Shown piece after piece: positions 50,401-59,400 of a DNA stretch of 64,000 nt (position 1 is its first letter; each line of letters opens with the position of its first letter). The translations under genes were made by a program, and so were the position numbers. This DNA comes from an uncultured bacterium (GTDB lineage: Bacteria > Bacteroidota > Rhodothermia > Rhodothermales > UBA10348), in the NCBI GenBank assembly GCA_943788505.1, contig CALSQR010000002.1, positions 253,323-317,322 of the forward strand, written 5' to 3'. The notes below the pieces were generated by a model. The model did no database searches, was not told the origin of the DNA, and saw only the letters and a program-made list of their open reading frames with translations.

Positions 50401-51222
50401 TTATGTACTGGAGATAATTACCAGTAACAACCACGTTACAACGGGGTAACCCGCCCACATATCCATTAACACGATTCGGCCACTGCCCGTTCTCGTCACG
50501 CTAAAAACTGAGGCAGTCAACCCCACAAGACCCATCACATCCACTGTCAGCAACCACCAGGGCATACCCCAAAAAATCAATGGGATGATGAGAACGAGTG
50601 CTAAGCACAAGGCCGTCATAGCTACCGTACGCACGCCCGAAGCGGTCAAACGTCCGCCTAGACTGCTCAAACCGGATGATAGATCACCTTCACGATCCAA
50701 CCAATCCGCTGTAATCAGATTCGGCAGAATGTATAGGGTTCGGTAGAGAGCGATGACAACAACTCCTTGAATCGACAACAACGGCGTCGAAACGAGTCCG
50801 CCAAGCATAAGAAGGGGCAAGACAACTCCCCCAATTACCCAGCAGAACGCAATCATAGCTGTTTTCAGCCATGGAATGTCTTTGGGACGCTTACCACCAG
50901 GAAGGATTCGCATCGGATAAGCAATACCAGTACAACCCAGAAGGGCCGCTGCAAGCACCCAGGCCGGCTCCAGCGCCCATATGGCAATTAGAGCTAAGGG
51001 TATTGCGATGAGTAGTACTAACGTCAGGGCGCGACGATGGGATTGCCTGAATAGCACACGTTCAGGCGCATTGATCTCGTCTTCCTGTGAATCCACCAAT
51101 AGACGGTCTACTCGGTACACAATAAAGGCGCCGATAGAGGCTAGGACTAGGTAGGCCATCGGAAAATGAACGCCCGCCAAAGCAGCGCTTCCCATCATCC
51201 AGCCCGCCGCGACAGCGATCAC
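50401..51222 (-). CDS. UbiA prenyltransferase family membrane protein
   Basis: YRVDRL.D...D.IN.PER, KDIPWLKT and D..DREGD...G..S Asp-rich motifs in a multi-TM protein. The true start may lie upstream of GTG 51222. Confidence 0.8.
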   Translation of the reverse strand: MIAVAAGWMMGSAALAGVHFPMAYLVLASIGAFIVYRVDRLLVDSQEDEINAPERVLFRQSHRRALTLVLLIAIPLALIAIWALEPAWVLAAALLGCTGIAYPMRILPGGKRPKDIPWLKTAMIAFCWVIGGVVLPLLMLGGLVSTPLLSIQGVVVIALYRTLYILPNLITADWLDREGDLSSGLSSLGGRLTASGVRTVAMTALCLALVLIIPLIFWGMPWWLLTVDVMGLVGLTASVFSVTRTGSGRIVLMDMWAGYPVVTWLLLVIISST

Positions 51223-51286
51223 ATGCAGGTCGCTGTGAAAAATCCAGGCCTGCCAGGTGCCGGTGTCCGGCTTCGTTCTAATCGGA

Positions 51287-53431
51287 TTACTTGATGAGCG
51301 TCATCGTTCCGCTAGAGACCCACGTCTGGGATACTCCCCTTGCAAGGACACGGTACATATAGATTCCTGATGACAACTCATTTGCGTCAATTGAAATCGA
51401 ACGGTTTGTACCGGCCGAAAGACTCTGCGACGGAACGGAAATCATCGTCCGTCCAAGCAGGTCCAATACATCAATCTGAACTTCAGCCGTTTCTGGCAAG
51501 TCAAACTGAATCGTAGTACTAGGATTAAATGGGTTCGGATAATTACCCCTAAGAACGAACTGCGAAGGCAATTCCCCATGTTCCGTGTCTGTAACAGTCG
51601 AACGGGTGATGTCCAACGTGTGAGACGAACCGGAATCGAGCGCACTACCATCTGTGGAGGTCAAGCGGATGTACGCTTGCGTCGTGCCACCTACCAGAAT
51701 ATTTCCTGATACTTGGCCTGTGATTTCATCGTAGATACCAGCCGCCCACCCAGTTGTGAAAGAAACCTGCGGTTGAACAGTGACGGTTACGTCTAGAGCA
51801 TCTACAATGGTCGTAAAGGCTGCGTCAGCAGCGACCTCCAAGACTAATTTGGTAGCATCCCTTTCCGAATCTACAGGTGAGCCAGACCAGGACACCGTGA
51901 CAAGTGTTGCATTTGGGTCCCCGGATGTGGTGACCGAAGAAGGAGCGAACACGCTAAGCGTCGACGGTGCGGTATTTCCTGTCGGACGAAGCTGTCCGCG
52001 AATCTCTCCGCTAAGATTATTCAGGGTACGAACGACCACAAAAGCATTGCCCGCAGCCAGTGCGGCTTCGAACGATGCTCTATCATTACCAGCTGGATAC
52101 GACACAGACGTCAAATCAATAGTATTGGACGCTGGAGTAAATGTGCCATTGCGGAATGTGCCGTCACCAAAACTTGGAAGCAGTGCAAGGACGGCCGTTC
52201 CTTCTTCATCATTGAGTGAACCGATACCAATCTGTGCAGACGCGTACGAAGAGCCGAGAGCAGAAAAAGCGCCAGACACTTCCAACGATCCATCCGACAC
52301 CCCGTGCTCAATGGTCAGCGCACCCGTACCTGCCGACTCGACGAGAGATGGCATGTGGTACCCAGACAGCGTTACTGTGTAGGTATCAATTTCACGGACC
52401 GTAAGCGTAGCTGCGGTTGCACCCACGACGATAGTCCCATCTGAAACACCGACAAGAACGGAATAGCTTCCGGCCGGAGTCGCCGTCCATGAGAACTGAC
52501 CGGTTGCCGGGTTGATGGTCGCACCAGCAGGGCCGCTCTGAATCGAAAACGTCAACGCATCTCCATCGGCGTCTGTCGCATCGAAGTCAAACGAGACTTC
52601 ATCCCCTTCATTCACCGTCATGGACGTAAGCTGAGCCGTGAAGACCGGCGCGTCATTGACGGGAGCTACCGTGATTGACACGGAGCCGGTATCGGTGTTT
52701 GATCCGTCTGAAACAGTGTAAGTGAATGAATCGGACAATGTCTCCGATCCATTGTGCAGGTAAGTAAACGAACCGTCTGCAGCAAGAGTCAACGAACCGT
52801 TTGACGTCGTAGCCAACACACTGGCAGACAATGCATCAGCATCTGCATCCGTGTCATTCGCCAGCACGCCTGTACCAACAGGAACAGCAAGCAGTCCTCC
52901 TTCGGCCACGACGTATGCATCATCCGTTGCAACAGGAGGGTTGGAGACGATTAGCTGAGTTGAAGGTACAGTTGGTGTATGCGCAACTGTTGCACCCTTC
53001 GCAAATCGCGTATTTACCAATTGAGCTTGTCCCCCGCCATCAGTCCCATTGATAGTGAACGATAGGAGTATCAGAATCCCATCTGATTTAACTGCATCTG
53101 TGTTTGATGCATAACCACCCACGCGACCCGGATTGTTTGCAGCATTACTGTCATTCGACCCGACGGCCCAACCAGTACCATTCGCTGTCATGGTACCCGT
53201 AGACAAATGTCCGTTGAGCGTAAGGTTGCTGTTATTCAGGGTTACATCGAATTGAAACGAAGTAAACCCGTCAACAGGGACTTGTGCCAGAGTTACTGGG
53301 ACAAGTACCGTTTCGCCCTGTGAGCCGGTGATATTTCCAACCGTGACTGCCATCTGCGCGAGGGAAGACGTGGCAGTAATAACGGCAAGTAGGAAGAGTA
53401 GCGATGTGAGGTGCAGTATCCGATGCTTCAT
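51287..53431 (-). CDS. T9SS cargo (~714 aa): cohesin + tandem-95/Big_9 Ig + cadherin-like Ig + degenerate CHRD + SusE-like domain + CTD
   Basis: Signal peptide (MKHRIL...SLA-Q). Cohesin G..GETV.VPV..SFQFDV; PVATDDAY..GVLANDTDADAD..DGSFTY; GEIRGQL; GNYPNPFNPSTTI. Confidence 0.85.
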   Translation of the reverse strand: MKHRILHLTSLLFLLAVITATSSLAQMAVTVGNITGSQGETVLVPVTLAQVPVDGFTSFQFDVTLNNSNLTLNGHLSTGTMTANGTGWAVGSNDSNAANNPGRVGGYASNTDAVKSDGILILLSFTINGTDGGGQAQLVNTRFAKGATVAHTPTVPSTQLIVSNPPVATDDAYVVAEGGLLAVPVGTGVLANDTDADADALSASVLATTSNGSLTLAADGSFTYLHNGSETLSDSFTYTVSDGSNTDTGSVSITVAPVNDAPVFTAQLTSMTVNEGDEVSFDFDATDADGDALTFSIQSGPAGATINPATGQFSWTATPAGSYSVLVGVSDGTIVVGATAATLTVREIDTYTVTLSGYHMPSLVESAGTGALTIEHGVSDGSLEVSGAFSALGSSYASAQIGIGSLNDEEGTAVLALLPSFGDGTFRNGTFTPASNTIDLTSVSYPAGNDRASFEAALAAGNAFVVVRTLNNLSGEIRGQLRPTGNTAPSTLSVFAPSSVTTSGDPNATLVTVSWSGSPVDSERDATKLVLEVAADAAFTTIVDALDVTVTVQPQVSFTTGWAAGIYDEITGQVSGNILVGGTTQAYIRLTSTDGSALDSGSSHTLDITRSTVTDTEHGELPSQFVLRGNYPNPFNPSTTIQFDLPETAEVQIDVLDLLGRTMISVPSQSLSAGTNRSISIDANELSSGIYMYRVLARGVSQTWVSSGTMTLIK

Positions 53432-53560
53432 GCAAGCGTAGTTTATTTGTTGAATCCGTGTTCTGTGCCTGGTTGACGAATCACGGTTCTTTGTCAAGAT
53501 AATATACCCAGACAAGCTTCTTGTTTCACGTGTTTAGGGTGTAATTCCGAGTCACCTGAA

Positions 53561-54067
53561 CTATTGGGGACATTCCCCTACAATTCCACTGGGTATCAAA
53601 GGCATGTGGTTTGGATTGCCTGCATTGAGCTTGAATATCAGAAGATCCAGCTGGAAAGCATAGCAACGCTCTGGCACACGAAACATGAGTGTGACCAACG
53701 TTCCTCCCTGCTGAAAAGCATCATTCAGGGAGCTGAACCCACCAACTCGCCCATTTTCAGGATTGGCCCTCACCGTCCAACCAGATTTTTCTGACATCGT
53801 CCAATTAGTGTCGATGTCAAGAAAGGCTACCAGACTGTCTTCAACGGAAACAGCAAACTGGAAAGAACTGACAGGCTGAGGCAATGTCATCGTGTCTGAA
53901 CCCACGACCAGCTCCACTCTTACGGTATCGCCAGAGGCGACCCCATTTTTAAATGTGATGGGTACCTGCGCTTGAGCTGAACCAACTAACATGGTGAAGC
54001 ACAAAGAAAGCAGGATAGCTGATGCGGCCAACCTGTTACTGCTTCGCAATGATGCGTCCTTGGTCAT
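53561..54067 (-). CDS. Stand-alone exported cohesin-like protein (168 aa), no T9SS CTD
   Basis: Signal peptide ending AQA-Q. Shares SFQF, GW.V..N..GRVGGF, G.LV.L.F and LNAGNP with the neighbouring cohesin modules. Confidence 0.75.
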   Translation of the reverse strand: MTKDASLRSSNRLAASAILLSLCFTMLVGSAQAQVPITFKNGVASGDTVRVELVVGSDTMTLPQPVSSFQFAVSVEDSLVAFLDIDTNWTMSEKSGWTVRANPENGRVGGFSSLNDAFQQGGTLVTLMFRVPERCYAFQLDLLIFKLNAGNPNHMPLIPSGIVGECPQ

Positions 54068-54161
54068 GTCTTTCTACTTCCCTTATTGATCATAATTTTT
54101 GCATGCGAACACGCCCTCCGTACAGCGACATGCGGTTTCACAAAGCACCTCAAAAACAATA

Positions 54162-54189
54162 CGGGCGCGGATCGTAAGATCCGCGCCCG
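54162..54189 (-). terminator. Stem-loop after the 724-aa cohesin gene
   Basis: Perfect 12-bp stem cgggcgcggatc-gtaa-gatccgcgcccg, followed by tattgttttt on the minus strand. Confidence 0.8.
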
Positions 54190-54215
54190 CACTGAAAACC
54201 TTAAAACGGTTTCGC

Positions 54216-56390
54216 TTACTTAAGAAGCGTCATCGTTTTTACCATCATGCTTGTGGAGTTAGCTCCGCGAGCGATGACACGGTAAAGGTAGATACCTGAA
54301 GACAGGCTAGATGCATTGATCTGAACCGACTTAGCAGAACCGGCTTCCATCGTACGTGATGGGAGAGCCATTACTTCACGACCTAGAAGGTCGAGAACCT
54401 GAACCGTTACGTCAGCCGTTTCCGGCAGATCGAACGAAATCGTTGTGCTAGGATTGAATGGGTTCGGGTAGTTGCCTTTCAGAGCGAACTCTGTTGGCAG
54501 TGATCCTTCACCTTCCGTATCCGTGACTAGGCCACGTGTCAGTTCCAAGCTAGAAGCTGCACCAGCGGTCCACAAAGAACCGTCGGTCGTGATGACGCGG
54601 TGGTAAAGAGTAACCTTACCGCCTACTTCAACACTTCCAGGAGCAGACATCGTCAACTGGTCATACCAGTGAGCTGCATCACCAACTGTGTAGCTCTGAC
54701 CGTTGGTAGCGCCGAAAGGCACGAGGTCAAGCTTCTCAGTAAAGTTAGCAGACGTTGATCTCTGGAACAGGTAGTGAACAGTATCGCCATTCGCATCAGC
54801 TACCGGCAACCAAGAGACCGTGAAAGCTGGGCTTGCAGGGTCACCTGAGATCGTGAATCGGCTAGGAGCAGTAGAGGCTGCAGCACCAGGTGCTACGTTG
54901 TCTCCACCAAGAACCTGACCGCGAATCTCGCCACCAGTGTAGGCTGAAGAGTGAACGTTCACGTACGCATCGCCTGCGCGAAGTGCCGTAACCAAGTCAC
55001 TTTTTCCTGCAATGTCATACGTCGCAGAGAATGAACCAGAAGTAGGAGCAAGATTGAGGCCAACACCACCATTTACGCCCACGCCACCCATATGGATATG
55101 AGCGCCTGTCAACGTACCAGCCAGGTTGGCTACGCTAAAAGTTACCTCTAGCACACCATCGTCGGCGACCATGCGCATGGAAACCACTCCTGAAGCTACA
55201 GACGCAACGGGCGGAACTTCATTGTAGCCGGAAAGACTAGCCTCGAAATTGTCGACCTGCTTGATAGTCAGTACAGCTGACGTTGTGGTCGTATTTACAC
55301 CGTCTGTAACGGATACCGTCACCGTATGGACACCCGCCTTTCCGGAAGGATCGATGGACCACTCGCCTGTAGCGGCGTCTATCGTACCAACCGTTGCACT
55401 ATAGGTTAAAGCATCACCATTTGCATCTGTAGCGTCATAGTCGAACGTTACATCTGCAGCATCCTCTAAAACACTGGTGTCAGCTAGCACAGCGGTGAAA
55501 ACGGGGGCAAAGTTTGTCGGTATGACTGTCAGTGAGCCATCGATGAGAGCATAAGATGGCTCCCCCGCGTTGAAGACAACGTTGGAGAGACTGAAAGTCC
55601 CAGTGCCTGGAGCCTTCGGGGTTGCGGCAATTGTGATGAATGCACCTTCCCCTGTCAACGCTGACCCGGCGAATCCAGCAATACGGTAGGTATCTGCATC
55701 GACCGCAGAACCATTGACTGTAGCTCCAGCTGTAATACCTGAAGCGACGACACCATTTACTCCGACTGATGTGTCGATCTCCATGAGGTCATCGTCATAG
55801 GAAAGGTCCATATTGAAGGACACAACGCCGTCATCGCTCGACAGAGCGTCATCCAGATTGACCACAATCTCGAAGGAGCCAGTATCCTCGGTAGTGACGA
55901 CGTCGTTCACAGAAATAAGCCGATCCGACACTACAAAACTACCGGCCGTAACCACCCCAGTTGCCGGATCGCCGGCATTCAGGACCAGGTTGGCAACAGT
56001 CATTGAGCCGTTATCTCCGTCTGCACCCAGAGTCATGTCCAGGTAGACGAGAACACCATCTGTAGCGATGTCAGTGCCTTGGGAGAATCCACCAACCACT
56101 CCGGTAGTGGTATTAACATTAACGCTGAAGCCAGCAGCACCGGCCAAAGTACTAGTGGTTGAGACACCAGTTAGCGTGATACCTGCATCGGCATCGACAG
56201 TAAAACTGAAAGACTGTATGTCGGTGGCGTCATTACCAGAGATAGCCACCGGTATGGACACTTCCGTACCAGGGCGACCTGTGGTACTGCCAACTGTTGC
56301 CGCTACCTGTGCGTAAGCACTACCGGCGGCGAACAAGAAAGCCACACTAAGGAATGCGCTTTTGATCCAATCGTTGAAAAACATCTGCAT
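54216..56390 (-). CDS. T9SS cargo (724 aa): two cohesins + cadherin-like Ig + CHRD + SusE-like domain + CTD
   Basis: Signal peptide ending AYA-Q. G.PGTEVSIPV..SFSF; SFNMDLSYDDD; DATDANGDALTY; LSG.NEVPPV..AHIH..YVNVHS..GEIRGQ; GNYPNPFNPSTTI. Confidence 0.88.
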   Translation of the reverse strand: MQMFFNDWIKSAFLSVAFLFAAGSAYAQVAATVGSTTGRPGTEVSIPVAISGNDATDIQSFSFTVDADAGITLTGVSTTSTLAGAAGFSVNVNTTTGVVGGFSQGTDIATDGVLVYLDMTLGADGDNGSMTVANLVLNAGDPATGVVTAGSFVVSDRLISVNDVVTTEDTGSFEIVVNLDDALSSDDGVVSFNMDLSYDDDLMEIDTSVGVNGVVASGITAGATVNGSAVDADTYRIAGFAGSALTGEGAFITIAATPKAPGTGTFSLSNVVFNAGEPSYALIDGSLTVIPTNFAPVFTAVLADTSVLEDAADVTFDYDATDANGDALTYSATVGTIDAATGEWSIDPSGKAGVHTVTVSVTDGVNTTTTSAVLTIKQVDNFEASLSGYNEVPPVASVASGVVSMRMVADDGVLEVTFSVANLAGTLTGAHIHMGGVGVNGGVGLNLAPTSGSFSATYDIAGKSDLVTALRAGDAYVNVHSSAYTGGEIRGQVLGGDNVAPGAAASTAPSRFTISGDPASPAFTVSWLPVADANGDTVHYLFQRSTSANFTEKLDLVPFGATNGQSYTVGDAAHWYDQLTMSAPGSVEVGGKVTLYHRVITTDGSLWTAGAASSLELTRGLVTDTEGEGSLPTEFALKGNYPNPFNPSTTISFDLPETADVTVQVLDLLGREVMALPSRTMEAGSAKSVQINASSLSSGIYLYRVIARGANSTSMMVKTMTLLK

Positions 56391-56437
56391 TTGTTTCTAG
56401 CTCTTCTTAGGTGATGATGCGGAACTGAGAGAAAACA

Positions 56438-56465
56438 TGGGCGGGGCGCTTTTGCACCCCGCCCA
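56438..56465 (-). terminator. Stem-loop between the giant gene and the 724-aa gene
   Basis: Minus strand tgggcggggtgc-aaaa-gcgccccgccca followed by tgttttctctc. Confidence 0.7.
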
Positions 56466-56471
56466 GTTTCG

Positions 56472-59400
56472 TTACTTGACCAGCATCATGCGGCCTGTTT
56501 CGATAGCGGTTCTGCTTTCCATGCGGGCGATTACTCGGTAGAAGTAAGTACCCGAGGCCAAGCGTGAAGCGTCGATCTGAACAGTCCGATTGGCACCTGC
56601 AGAAATCGTGGCAGGCGACATGGTCATGACCTGACGGCCAATCATATCGATTACCTGAATCTCTACATCAGCCGACTGGGGAAGGTCGAAGCTGATCGAG
56701 GTGCTAGGATTGAATGGGTTAGGATAGTTGCCGTTAAGCGTGAACTCAGTCGGCAATTCTACAATCTCGATATCGTCGATGGACATTGTAGGATTGTTGT
56801 TCGCAGCGCCCTCAGCGGAAATGCTTAGCTGGACATCTGCGCTACTGAGTTCCACAGCAATGGAGGCGATTCCGCCTTCCGATTGGATAACGCCACCTGC
56901 GCTAGCGAATGCTAGAGTGATGTTACCTTCTTCGGAGATGACACTATTGAATAACCAGCCTTCGCCAAGATCGCTTGTTACGCCGATGACCGTTGCTAGG
57001 CTAGGATCAATCGATGTCGCGAAGTGACCCGATACAACGCTGCCGTTGTCGCCACCGATCATTACCGGAATGGTAACAACATTACCGTCGCGAGCGATGT
57101 CAGCCACGAAGTATTCGGCGAGGGGGTTGGAGTCGAATTCCGTTTTCCCATTGAAGAAGGCGTTGAAGATCAAGGCGGCATCGAACGGAGTAACCGCACC
57201 ATCGCCATTGTAATCTGCAGCTGCCGCCTGTTGTGCTGTCAGGTCTGCGAGACCCAAGAAAGCATCCAGGGTCAGAGACGCTGCCGCAGGGGAAGGACCA
57301 CCTGAGCCGTCGACGTTACCGAGAACAGCAGTAACTGCAACCGTGTAGGTCGAAGTAGCAGCAGTGCCCTGATCGTCGGTTGCGGTGACGGTAATCGTAG
57401 CTCCAGCATTATCTGCCGTTACTGCTCCATCTACAACCGTGTAGGCGCTAACACCCGTCACCGTCACTTCGCTACCGCTGACGGTAACCGTTGCGATGTC
57501 GGCATCGCTCGAGGCAGCCGTGTAGGTGTAAGTAGCAGCACCGTTACCACCGGAGAATTCACCGTCAACGTCAGCAGTGCTTGAAGCACCTTCTGCAACT
57601 TCGACAGCAGCTAGACCACCTGCGGCGACAATGCTGCCGTTTACTGTGACGTCGAAAGAGGAGGAGACTGAGTCGCCTTCTTCGTCCGTCGCGGATACCG
57701 TTACGGTTGCCGTTCCGGCCACCCCAAAGGTTACCGTTACAGAACCAGCATCATTACTTACTGCCGCTACGGCAGCATCGGTTGTAGCAACTGCGTAGGT
57801 ATAGGTACCCGTACCACCTGAGAAGTCAACCGTAGCGTCGACAGCTGCTGCCGCCGTACCCAGGGCAACGACATGATCTGCAAGAGCGCCAGCGGCAGCC
57901 AATGCAGCATTTACGGTCGCTGTGACCGAGGTGGAAACCGTCTGGAATCCGTCGTTAGCCGACACGGTGAACGTGACACTACCCGCAGCAACACCAGTTA
58001 CCGTGAGCGTTGTGCCGTCGATTGCCGTGCTGGCTACCGCTCCATCATTGTCTGATACCGAATAGGTTGGATTCTCTTCTCCACCTGCGAAAACAGTCGT
58101 CAAATCGATTGTTTCTGCATTCCCAGCATTCAAGGTCAGAGCATCTGGAGCCGTAGCCACCATGTTCTGCTCCAAACCATACGTAAAGAGAACACCGTTC
58201 GTGGAAATCGCGCCTACAGCACCACGAGCAACTGCAACCGGGTTCGTGTTGTCCACGTCGGCTACATAGTTGTCGTTATTAGCTGCTGTTGGTGATACCA
58301 ACGACCAGAAGTTATTCGCGGAACCCGCGGCACGACGGATAGCCCGTGTGCGTTCGATGTTCTCAGAAGCGAAGTTGGCGTAGCCTGCCGCCTCGAACTC
58401 AACATCGTAATCCACCGATGGGGATACCGACGGGTTGGACGAGACATTCCAATGGAAAGCAGGGTAGCGTCCAACGTTCAAGGAAGCGCCTGCAGCGTCA
58501 GTCGTAGCAATCGGCAAGCCGTTGGTGCCCGTAGCGGAAGCGCCTGAGTACGTCGCAGTCAGAAGGATATCTGCATTACCGACCACCGCATTCCAAGTAT
58601 TAAGATCGCCGATGTCACCGGCAGGATCATTGAAGGTGATGCTGTAAGGACGGTAGTTACCGTCAGCGTCACCCGTCGGGAAGACTACTCGGTTCGGGTT
58701 AGCTTTGCCTGTTTCGACGTACTTCTGAACGGCTCCATTGACCACGCCCGCAGTACGAGTGTAACCCTGGGCTCCCGTACCGCCGTGAGATAGGATGACG
58801 TTGTTACCGTTGGTAGTCAAAACACCAGCGGTAAGTACGAGCGTACCATCTCCATCACCGGCGGACGCGAAGTCAAGATCCGTATCCGTACCAAGCGAAA
58901 CACCAGCAGCGTTGTTAATGGTCAAGTCCTGCGGCGTGTCACCTGCAGAGGTCAAGGTTTGGGCGGTAGTACCGCCGAGAACAACACCTTCATCTTCCGC
59001 AGTGTCCCAGGTTGCCGTAGCATCAGCCGTGACGTTCCCTGTGATGGTCAAGACAGCGGCATTAGCATCTGTATCAACGTCATCAGTTACGTCCAGGTCT
59101 CCAACCGTCCGGTCATCATGCAACACAACATTGTTGTCGAAGTGTGCAGTCGCTGGAACAAAGGTCGCTGGCCAAAGCGGCGTGGTTGTCGTGATGTTGT
59201 CGAAATACGCAGTGACATCATTTGCCAAGGACAGGCCTTCGTCGACAACTGCGCCATCATTGACTTGATAGGTACCGCCACTATTCAGCGTTACTGTGAC
59301 ATCGTTAGTTGAGTTGTCAATCTCGCCATCAATGTGGAGGTAATCCGTTGTGTGATCAACTGAGGTTTCCAGTGCCCCTGCTCCGGTGCGAGAGAAGGTG

